Below are positions 45,033 through 53,305 of a stretch of DNA of 64,000 nt, in pieces (position 1 is the stretch's first letter; each line of letters begins with the position of its first letter). The DNA lies in the NCBI GenBank assembly GCA_014728085.1, contig WJMF01000055.1, positions 21,045 to 85,044 of the forward strand. The letters are read 5' to 3'. Source of the DNA: Candidatus Zhuqueibacterota bacterium. Its GTDB lineage: Bacteria > Zhuqueibacterota > Zhuqueibacteria > Residuimicrobiales > Oceaniaggregativiventaceae. The position numbers were made by a program, and so were the translations under genes. A model generated the notes under the pieces. It was not told where the DNA came from. It worked only from the letters and a program-made list of their open reading frames with translations, and did not search any database.

Positions 45033-47669
45033 TTATTCTGTTGTGTCCTGTTGTGTGATATATCTTTTCTCCTGTTCCAAACGCTCTTTTGCGCGCGAAT
45101 CATCCGGGTGCTGTTCAACCCACTTTTCCAGCAATTCTACGGCTCTCTGGTGTTCACCTTCACGGCTGAGCACCGAAATCAGAGTCGCGGTAAGATAGGC
45201 ATTGTCCGGATCGATCCGTGCCAGGCGTTGCAGACGTTGAATAAAGACATCCGGTCGTCCGGCCAGGTCATACATCTGGCCGATCTGCATCGAAAGACGA
45301 AAATCCGGAATCGGAATGACCTCTTCCGGAAGCACCTCTTCCATGCGGTCGAGCACGCTCAGCATTTTATCGAACTCTTTCTCGGTGTAATAATAGCGTA
45401 CCAGACGGAGAAAGGCAGCCCGGTAATTTTGCAAAAGTCCGATAATATTATGATTAAAATATACTGTGGAATCGTTCAGACCTCTGAATTGAAAGGTCTC
45501 AAAAAGATTTTCATGGATGATCTCCGGTTCGATATCATTTGCCACATAGGGCGTTAATGTGAAAGCGAGACCGTCCATTCGCATATATTTGTCCATGTTG
45601 ATTTTATTGTCGTTCGCAACCGTGACGGCAAAATTAACCGGTTTTTTCCAACGGTTGGCGTAAATAATGTTGAGTATCATCAGATCCTGGACTCTGATGC
45701 CCTGCCCAAAGAGCGTCGGTTCAACCTCGATGACCAGCTCTTCCGGTACCTTGAAATCAGGATCCAGCAACTCGATGGTTTCTCCCAAATCGTTCATCGC
45801 CTGTTGTCGTACATGGCCGGGGATGGGGATTTTGACCGTTTGTTTTTTCCAGGGCATAACCTCCATTTGCTCGATCTGGCCGTCGCTCAGGGAAATGGGA
45901 ACCTTGGGCTCCTCGTGTTTCAGCTGTTTAATATACCATGGCGTATTCAGCAGACTCAGATTAACGACTCGGACATCCCGGCGTATATCATATACGAATT
46001 GTAAAAACCAAAGTGGAAACGTATCGTTATCACCATTGGTAAACAAAATCGCGTCCGGGTCGCAGGATTGCAGAATGTTATAGGAATAGTCATAAGCCAC
46101 ATAATTACCGGTTCGATCGTGTGTATGATAATTATGCGCCAACAGATTCACAGGAACCATTAGTGCCACCGCACAAACGGCAGTCACATAGAGCAACGTT
46201 CGAATATTTTTATTCTTAAAATAGTCTTTGATCCATTCCAGAATCGCCGTCATACCAATGCCGATCCAGATAGCAAATGCCCAAAAAGAACCGACATAGA
46301 CATAATCACGCTCGCGCGGTTGCGGATCCTCCTGGTTAAGGTAGATGACAATCGCCACGCCGGTGAGAATAAAAATACCCAAAATCGAGAAGGCATGACG
46401 CTTGTGCCGGTAAAAATGATGTACCATGCCGATCATACCGATGAGAAACGGCAAAGCGAATAATCCTTTGGTGGAAAGATGCTCCTTTATATAGCTATCG
46501 CTGCCGAGCGTCGTGCCCTTGCCGATATATTGCCAGGCGAAGTAGCGCAGATACATTTTGCTAATCTGATAATTCCACATGAAATCCATCTGCTGACTAA
46601 ACTTGTAGGTCGAATAACTGCGATTGGGAAACTGCTGGTTGAACTGCATCTCATTGGGCAGGCCGGGGAAACGACGCGGAAAGGTACTCCATTTTCCGTA
46701 CTGCTCGCGGTTGAGATAACTGACCATATTTTGAATGGTTTCGGGATCGTTTTCATCTATAGCCGGATCAAGATTGGAACGGATGTAGATCAACGAATAA
46801 GTCGAATATCCGACAATGACCAGCATAAAAGACATGAGGAATATTGACGCTACTTTTTGCTGATTCAACCAGGTATACATGGTCAGCAGGGTCAGGCCCA
46901 GGATTACAGCACCAACAGCCCACATGGAATAGTGCCCGGCCAAATTGGGAATCCACTGAACCACGCCGGGATAAATCGCAAAAAAGATCAGAATTGTGGC
47001 CCCGGCAAAAATAACCAGATTTTTCAGCGTTATGTTTTCATTATGGCTATCCAGATATTTGTAATAAATAACAAGAAAGATGGCCGGAAGCACCAAAATC
47101 ATCAACAGGTGTACTCCAATGGCAAGACCGATCAGGTATGCGATCAGCAACAGATAGCGTTCGGATCCGACTTGATCCGCCTTTTCCAGCCAGACGAGGA
47201 TGAGATAAACGGTAAAAGCCGTAAAAAACATACTGATGGCATAAACCTCGGCTTCAACGGCATTAAACCAAAACGTATCCGTAAAGGCAAACGCCAGTGC
47301 ACCCATCAGACCGCTGGCCACGAGGACAAACATATCTTCGCTGTTTTTCGGCTGCCCGCGCCATTGCTTGATTAAACGGATAATGATCAGATAAGTGAGC
47401 ATGATCGTCAGAGCAGAGGTCAGTGCCGAAATCATATTCACACGCAGAGCGATATCCTCTACAAAGGGTATCATGGAAAACAATCTGCCGATCAACAGAT
47501 AAAACGGCGCTCCGGGTGGATGGGGAATGCCCAGGATATGGGAACAGGTGATGAACTCACCACAATCCCAAAAGGAAGTGGTCGGAGCAATCGTTTTAAA
47601 ATACAGAACAAAAGAAATGAGAAATGCGATTGCAGCAAACAAACGGTTAATGAGTTTATAGTTTTTCAT
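45033..47669 (-). CDS. DUF2723 (TMEM260/PMT-like GT-C glycosyltransferase) with C-terminal TPR repeats
   Basis: The multi-TM N-terminal half carries a first-loop acidic motif (SFWDCGEF). A large periplasmic region ends in TPR-like helical repeats. Total length is 878 aa. There is a 4-bp overlap with the upstream GT4 gene and a 5-bp gap to the UPF0104 gene. Confidence 0.65.
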   Translation of the reverse strand: MKNYKLINRLFAAIAFLISFVLYFKTIAPTTSFWDCGEFITCSHILGIPHPPGAPFYLLIGRLFSMIPFVEDIALRVNMISALTSALTIMLTYLIIIRLIKQWRGQPKNSEDMFVLVASGLMGALAFAFTDTFWFNAVEAEVYAISMFFTAFTVYLILVWLEKADQVGSERYLLLIAYLIGLAIGVHLLMILVLPAIFLVIYYKYLDSHNENITLKNLVIFAGATILIFFAIYPGVVQWIPNLAGHYSMWAVGAVILGLTLLTMYTWLNQQKVASIFLMSFMLVIVGYSTYSLIYIRSNLDPAIDENDPETIQNMVSYLNREQYGKWSTFPRRFPGLPNEMQFNQQFPNRSYSTYKFSQQMDFMWNYQISKMYLRYFAWQYIGKGTTLGSDSYIKEHLSTKGLFALPFLIGMIGMVHHFYRHKRHAFSILGIFILTGVAIVIYLNQEDPQPRERDYVYVGSFWAFAIWIGIGMTAILEWIKDYFKNKNIRTLLYVTAVCAVALMVPVNLLAHNYHTHDRTGNYVAYDYSYNILQSCDPDAILFTNGDNDTFPLWFLQFVYDIRRDVRVVNLSLLNTPWYIKQLKHEEPKVPISLSDGQIEQMEVMPWKKQTVKIPIPGHVRQQAMNDLGETIELLDPDFKVPEELVIEVEPTLFGQGIRVQDLMILNIIYANRWKKPVNFAVTVANDNKINMDKYMRMDGLAFTLTPYVANDIEPEIIHENLFETFQFRGLNDSTVYFNHNIIGLLQNYRAAFLRLVRYYYTEKEFDKMLSVLDRMEEVLPEEVIPIPDFRLSMQIGQMYDLAGRPDVFIQRLQRLARIDPDNAYLTATLISVLSREGEHQRAVELLEKWVEQHPDDSRAKERLEQEKRYITQQDTTE

Positions 47670-48811
47670 TGAACAACTCCATCTCTATTTGATTGATAAA
47701 TTATACGCTCTATTATCTCCAAAGCCATTTCGGCTGACCGATTCCAGTCAAATTTTATGGCCCACTCCAGGGCGTGCCGGCTCATTCGCTGCAGCAACAG
47801 GGGGTGCTTGCAGAGCCGAATGATGCTTTCGGAAAGACTTTCAATATCAGCATACGGATATAAAAATCCGGTTTTATGATTTACCACCGAATCTCTCAAG
47901 CCGGGAGAATCAGCAGCAATTACGGGGGTGCCGCAGGCATTGGCTTCGATGACCGTCAGACCCCATCCCTCTTTGGGAGAGGTGTTCACCGCACACCACA
48001 TTTTCCCGAGCCAGTCGACTTTGTCCTCGTGACTGACATGACCGGTAAATATAACCCGGGAATCGATCTGCAGTTCTCTTGTCAGTTTTTCCAGGTTTTG
48101 CCGGTCATCTCCTCCACCGAGCACGACAAATTCAGCATCCGGCATGGCAGTTATTATTCCTGGAATTGCCAGTAAAAAATGCTCCACGCTTTTGTACCTT
48201 TTCAGGCGTCCGAAATAGCCGATAAGCGGCTTTTTTTGCCGCTTGCCGGCCGGAAAACGGTTCGTGTCGACAGCATTGGGTAACCAATGAATGGAACCCT
48301 TTATGCCGTTTTGCCGCAATTCATTGATCGTACTTTGTGATACCGCCGCAAAGGATGTGTGCCGGTATGCCAGCGGGATCAGCTTTTCCGAAAAATAAAC
48401 ATAAGATGCTGATACCGGATTGGTTTCCAGATATATACTTTTGTCAAAGAGATGGTGCACCAGGGCACAGACAGGTTCTTTTACATAACAAGGCGTGTAA
48501 AAAGGTATTTTGTTGATATCATCGATAACGATATCAACACCCTGCCGGCGTAATTGCCGATAGGCAAAGGGAACATAATAATTAAAAAGAGCTCTGTTGC
48601 CATAGCGCCGAACATCTATAGAATCTATGCGCTCGCTTTTCGAAGCACCGGGATAATGGCAACAGGCCAGCGTTACAGAATGTCCCTGCATTGCCAGCCG
48701 TTTAAAAATTTCATGAAAATGAACCTCTGCTCCACCGCTCTGCGGATGGGTGATATCCTGCCAGTTGAAGGCGAGGATGTGATATTTCCTCGTCGGCCTT
48801 TTGTGTTTCAT
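47666..48811 (-). CDS. GT4 family glycosyltransferase
   Basis: The retaining GT-B E-x7-E motif EGWGLTVIEANACGTPVIA is present. The gene is translationally coupled to its neighbours. Confidence 0.8.
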   Translation of the reverse strand: MKHKRPTRKYHILAFNWQDITHPQSGGAEVHFHEIFKRLAMQGHSVTLACCHYPGASKSERIDSIDVRRYGNRALFNYYVPFAYRQLRRQGVDIVIDDINKIPFYTPCYVKEPVCALVHHLFDKSIYLETNPVSASYVYFSEKLIPLAYRHTSFAAVSQSTINELRQNGIKGSIHWLPNAVDTNRFPAGKRQKKPLIGYFGRLKRYKSVEHFLLAIPGIITAMPDAEFVVLGGGDDRQNLEKLTRELQIDSRVIFTGHVSHEDKVDWLGKMWCAVNTSPKEGWGLTVIEANACGTPVIAADSPGLRDSVVNHKTGFLYPYADIESLSESIIRLCKHPLLLQRMSRHALEWAIKFDWNRSAEMALEIIERIIYQSNRDGVVQ

Positions 48812-49584
48812 TTACGACCTATAACGCCTATATCCATAAAGGTATAATATGACAAAGAGCTTTTTTTCAACACTCTTCTCAGCTTATTGCGTATTTTGGA
48901 CCAGCCGGCGATTTTGCCCGGATAAAGCGGCAACTGTATACCGGTCTTTTTCAAGGCTTCCCGCAAACTGCGGTAAAAAAAACTCGGCCGCATCCAGTCA
49001 CCATAAACGCTGTAAATGGAAAATCCGCTTCGGCGGAACATCGATTCAAGCTGGGAACGGGAAAATTCAGTTTCCCATCCGGCAAACCATTTGCCGAGCC
49101 GAATGAGTATATGTTTCACCACCGTATAGATATGATAGCGCTGTGGTACGTCTGCAATGGCAAATCCATTCTGTTTGAGAACTCTATAGTTCTCCTCTAA
49201 TATATTCTCAGGATTGCGAAAATGTTCCAACAGACCCTGATGAAAGACCACATCGATCACCTGGTCGCGAAAGGGCAATTGAAAAGCGTTACCCTGTACC
49301 AGATAAACCGGTTTTTGGGTCTGCCAAGACAGCTGTTGCATAATCTCAAGAGAATTTTTTGCATAGTCCAAAAGAACAACAACGGCGCCGCAATCCACGA
49401 GTTTGAATCCGTCACGACCCGTTCCCGCTCCGACTTCCAGAACCCGCTTTCCCTGCAGCGGCCCCAGCTGTTCAATTTGCGATATCACACGGTCGGAGTT
49501 GGAGTAAACCTTGTCCAGTTCTCTCTTTTGCGTCCAAAATTGTTCCCATACCTTGCGATTATGTTGCCGTTTCATTTCTTCCAT
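48808..49584 (-). CDS. Class I SAM-dependent methyltransferase
   Basis: The VLEVGAGTGRD SAM motif is present. The gene overlaps the GT4 gene by 4 bp. Confidence 0.7.
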   Translation of the reverse strand: MEEMKRQHNRKVWEQFWTQKRELDKVYSNSDRVISQIEQLGPLQGKRVLEVGAGTGRDGFKLVDCGAVVVLLDYAKNSLEIMQQLSWQTQKPVYLVQGNAFQLPFRDQVIDVVFHQGLLEHFRNPENILEENYRVLKQNGFAIADVPQRYHIYTVVKHILIRLGKWFAGWETEFSRSQLESMFRRSGFSIYSVYGDWMRPSFFYRSLREALKKTGIQLPLYPGKIAGWSKIRNKLRRVLKKSSLSYYTFMDIGVIGRK

Positions 49585-49679
49585 CTAATTTAAATATTGA
49601 TTCTACAAACTTTTATCGGATAATTCAAGTAAAAAAGTCTGTTCGATAGGATACACCGCAGCGATGTACAGGTTCACGA

Positions 49680-51785
49680 TCAACCCTGGGTCAAAAGGTC
49701 AAAATCGATTTTATCCCGATAAAACCGGGCAAAATAGGAGCGTTGAAAAAGCACCTTCAGACGATGACATTGCTGAGGATCTCCAATAATCGTAAAGGCT
49801 TCTTCTCTGGCGACCTTGAGAACCTGAACATCTTTGATCAGATCCGCTATCTTGAGCTCGGCAAAACCGCTCTGCCGGACGCCAAAAAACTCACCTGGTC
49901 CGCGAATCTCGAGATCGACCTGGGCAATTTTAAATCCGTCATTGCTTCTGGCCATGGTTTGCAAACGCTTCTCTGCCTCCTCAGTCAAGGTTCCATAGGC
50001 AACCAGATAACAATAGGATTGTTTGCTTCCGCGTCCGACCCGTCCGCGTAGCTGATGCATTTGAGTCAAACCGAAACGCTCGGCATGCTCCACAACCATT
50101 AACGTTGCATTGGGGACATCCACACCGACTTCTATGACAGTGGTGCTGACGAGAATATCGAGATCGCCCTGTTTAAAAGCGCCCATTACCGCTTCTTTCT
50201 CTTCGCTTTTCATGCGGCCATGCAAAAGCCCGAGCCTGAACCCCTCGAAAAAAGTATTTTGCATAGCGGTAAAGCTGTCGGTTGCCGCCTTTAAATCGGA
50301 TTTTTCCGTCTCTTCCACAAGCGGAAAAACGATATAGGCCTGAGCACCGGACTTTACCTGATCGCGCAAAAACCGATAAACTTTGACGCGCTGCTCCTCC
50401 CGAATCCATCGGGTTTTTATCGGCTTTCGGCCTGCCGGCATCTCATCCAATACCGATACATCCAGATCACCATAAATGGTCATGGAGAGCGTCCTCGGGA
50501 TCGGCGTTGCTGTCATGACCAGGACATCGGGATTGAGTCCTTTTTGACGCAATACGGCACGCTGTAAAACCCCAAAGCGGTGTTGCTCATCCACAATGAC
50601 CAAACCGAGTTTATGAAAAGCGACCCCTTCCTGTATAAGCGCATGCGTACCGACGACGATATGAGCCTCACCGCTTTCAATCCCGGCTAATAAGCTGTTC
50701 CGGGTTTGCTGATTTTGACCGCCGATTAGAAGCACGGTATGAATATCGATGCGATCGAGCAATTTTTTAAGCGTAAAATAGTGCTGCTCGGCCAATATTT
50801 CTGTGGGTGCCATCATAGCCGCCTGATAACCGTTTTCCACCGCAATAAGCATGCTGATCACGGCGACAATGGTTTTCCCGGATCCCACATCGCCCTGAAT
50901 CAAACGATTCATCGGTTTGTGATTTTTCATGTCTTCATGGATTTCATGTAAAACGGTTTTCTGCGCCCGGGTCAGCTCAAAAGGAAGCGACTCGACCAAA
51001 ATCCGAATCAGATCACCCACCTTGCGAAACACAATACCGGCATTAGACTGCTGTCGATGCTTTTTATATGAAGCAATATAAAGCTGCATGAAAAACAACT
51101 CTTCAAATTTCAACCTTCTGCGCGCATGATGCAGCCGGGTAAAGGATTCAGGAAAATGTATATTGTTCATCGATTCCGCCAGAGGCATCAGCTTGTATTG
51201 ATTCAGCAAACTCCCCGGCATGGTTTCCAGGAGGGAATCCCCCTTCTGTTTCAGGAGGGGACCAATAAGACGACGAAAACCACGGCTGTCCAGGCCCAGT
51301 TTATTGAGTTGTTCATTTGATGGATAAAGAGGAATAATTTTGGATGTATGAAACGTATCGCCTCCGGTGGCCTGACCCAGACGGTCAAACTCAGGATGCA
51401 CCATTTGCCAGCCGCCAAAATAACCGATCTTGCCGCTAAGCGCCAGCCACTCTCCCTTGTGAAAAATGCGTTGCCAGTAGCTGAGTCGCGAAAACCAAAC
51501 ACAGCTCATATAAGCCGTTCCATCGTATACGATAAGCAGAAAGCGGTTGCGGCGTCCTTTTTTGACGCCCATATTCACAACCTGTGCAATAACCGTAGCC
51601 TCAATATCAGCTCTCAGCTGATTGATTTTGAATATCGTTGAGCGGTCCAGATACCTTCGGGGAAAGTAATACAGCAAGTCTCCCAGGGTCTTGATTCCGA
51701 CCTTTTCCAGGGCTTTTGTTTTTTGCGGACCGATATTGCGCAATTGCTCTACCGGTGTTTTTAGAAAATAATCGGTTTGCATCAT
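49680..51785 (-). CDS. recG: ATP-dependent DNA helicase RecG
   Basis: It has a wedge domain and SF2 helicase motifs (GDVGSGKT, DEQHRFG, TATPIPRT). Length is 701 aa. Confidence 0.9.
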   Translation of the reverse strand: MMQTDYFLKTPVEQLRNIGPQKTKALEKVGIKTLGDLLYYFPRRYLDRSTIFKINQLRADIEATVIAQVVNMGVKKGRRNRFLLIVYDGTAYMSCVWFSRLSYWQRIFHKGEWLALSGKIGYFGGWQMVHPEFDRLGQATGGDTFHTSKIIPLYPSNEQLNKLGLDSRGFRRLIGPLLKQKGDSLLETMPGSLLNQYKLMPLAESMNNIHFPESFTRLHHARRRLKFEELFFMQLYIASYKKHRQQSNAGIVFRKVGDLIRILVESLPFELTRAQKTVLHEIHEDMKNHKPMNRLIQGDVGSGKTIVAVISMLIAVENGYQAAMMAPTEILAEQHYFTLKKLLDRIDIHTVLLIGGQNQQTRNSLLAGIESGEAHIVVGTHALIQEGVAFHKLGLVIVDEQHRFGVLQRAVLRQKGLNPDVLVMTATPIPRTLSMTIYGDLDVSVLDEMPAGRKPIKTRWIREEQRVKVYRFLRDQVKSGAQAYIVFPLVEETEKSDLKAATDSFTAMQNTFFEGFRLGLLHGRMKSEEKEAVMGAFKQGDLDILVSTTVIEVGVDVPNATLMVVEHAERFGLTQMHQLRGRVGRGSKQSYCYLVAYGTLTEEAEKRLQTMARSNDGFKIAQVDLEIRGPGEFFGVRQSGFAELKIADLIKDVQVLKVAREEAFTIIGDPQQCHRLKVLFQRSYFARFYRDKIDFDLLTQG

Positions 51786-51878
51786 ATAAAAAAAGACGCG
51801 AATGCAGGGCGCCGCCGGAAAAGTGTTTTGGTTGGCGAGGAACGCTGATGCGTCTCGGGAGCGTTTTGTCGTAACAAA

Positions 51879-53222
51879 TTAATAGTTATAGAGAACCATG
51901 TATTCAAATGTGCTCTCGCTGTTTTTGGCCACCGCCACCTTGAATTCTGCCGAATTTGCATCCTTTTTTACAATTGGCGGCGTGTCGCCCAACAGTTGCC
52001 AGTCTGTCCAGAACTGCTCAACCACAAAGACAACGACATCCTCGTCCTTATGGTTCCTGATGTTGATTTCCACGGTTTCCCTGCGGCTTTTATCGCTGAT
52101 TTTTTCCACTTTTTTGACCGTTCGCTCGGCTTTGATATCAAAAGCATTCCCGACTCTGAGCCGGACCTTTTCTCCCTTCGGCACATGATCGATCCGGTCT
52201 TCACCGACAAACTCCTGAGATCCGCCCTGTTCTTTAAAGACGCGAATTTTCCCCTTGGGCAGTGGAATGCCGAGTCCGCTCTGAGAATCATTTTTAAATT
52301 CCAAAACAACGCTCACATCATCGGCGTCTGCGCGGGCGTTGTAGATATATTTTTTATCGGATTTAACCCGGGTTCCGGGAAAAAGCGCCATTTGTTTAAC
52401 CTGATTGTTGGCGATTGTGGTCGGTCGTTGCAGGGTATAGAGGTGATATTCAAAAAATTTCTCTTCCTTGAACTGTTCCGCTCCAGCCGCTGTGGTCATA
52501 TAAGCCATTTCAGCTCGTCGCGCCGGGGGCTTGACCTTGTGCACATCCCCCGCAACCAGCTTTACTTTGGCATCGCGGTAAGCGGTGCCGGAACGATTTT
52601 CGATGGTTACCCATCCCGCCAGCTCCAAAGCAGTATCTGTTTTGTTGCTCACTGCCACGTATTCGCAGTGCCAGCCAATCCCCTCAGTGGTGTAACTGAT
52701 CTCACAGGGCACCTCATCCGCCTGATTGGCATTTAACAGCCATACCAGAGTCGGCCGGGTGATCAAGCCTTCAGGAAGGGTTGGAAATTCAACACCGGCA
52801 ACGTCTGAGGATTTTACCACGAGTATTCGGCCATCCGGTCGCTGCAAAATGATATCAGAAGCCTGATTGTTCAGCAAAATTCCCCGATGAACCTGCTCTC
52901 TCTTGGTGGTTACCGTGATAGATTCATTCAAATACTTTTGCAGGAGTCGCTCCGTTCCCACCAGATCATACTCAAAATTCTGCTCCAAAATTTCGACCTG
53001 AACCTTATTGCTCAAAGATTTGAAAAGAACAGAAGTGGGATCGATTTGACCGGCCACATTGGTGAACAGGTGGGTTTGCACCCCCTTGTTCAGCGTCAGC
53101 GATCTGGTTTCCCGTACAACAGCAAAATTGTTATTGTAAACCGTAACCGCTATCTCCGCCCGGGATTGAGCGATGCACGAGATTACCAATAAAAAAAATG
53201 CCAAAATAATTTTTACTTTCAT
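51879..53222 (-). CDS. DUF4139 domain protein (MuiA-like secreted protein)
   Basis: It has a signal peptide. The domain layout and ~450 aa length are consistent with the DUF4140/DUF4139 family, recalled from memory. Confidence 0.5.
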   Translation of the reverse strand: MKVKIILAFFLLVISCIAQSRAEIAVTVYNNNFAVVRETRSLTLNKGVQTHLFTNVAGQIDPTSVLFKSLSNKVQVEILEQNFEYDLVGTERLLQKYLNESITVTTKREQVHRGILLNNQASDIILQRPDGRILVVKSSDVAGVEFPTLPEGLITRPTLVWLLNANQADEVPCEISYTTEGIGWHCEYVAVSNKTDTALELAGWVTIENRSGTAYRDAKVKLVAGDVHKVKPPARRAEMAYMTTAAGAEQFKEEKFFEYHLYTLQRPTTIANNQVKQMALFPGTRVKSDKKYIYNARADADDVSVVLEFKNDSQSGLGIPLPKGKIRVFKEQGGSQEFVGEDRIDHVPKGEKVRLRVGNAFDIKAERTVKKVEKISDKSRRETVEINIRNHKDEDVVVFVVEQFWTDWQLLGDTPPIVKKDANSAEFKVAVAKNSESTFEYMVLYNY

Positions 53223-53305
53223 TTCCTACCCTCGAGATCTTGTAGATCCGAAAAAAACCGGTATGGTAGCGGCAAAACACCGGCATTCCGGATACGTTGC
53301 TGTTG

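Noticed and set aside
51996-52736. 246-aa ORF antisense to the DUF4139 gene, and a similar 234-aa ORF at 55328..56032 antisense to valS
   Set aside because: Both fall wholly within strong genes on the other strand. They have no motifs and no RBS.
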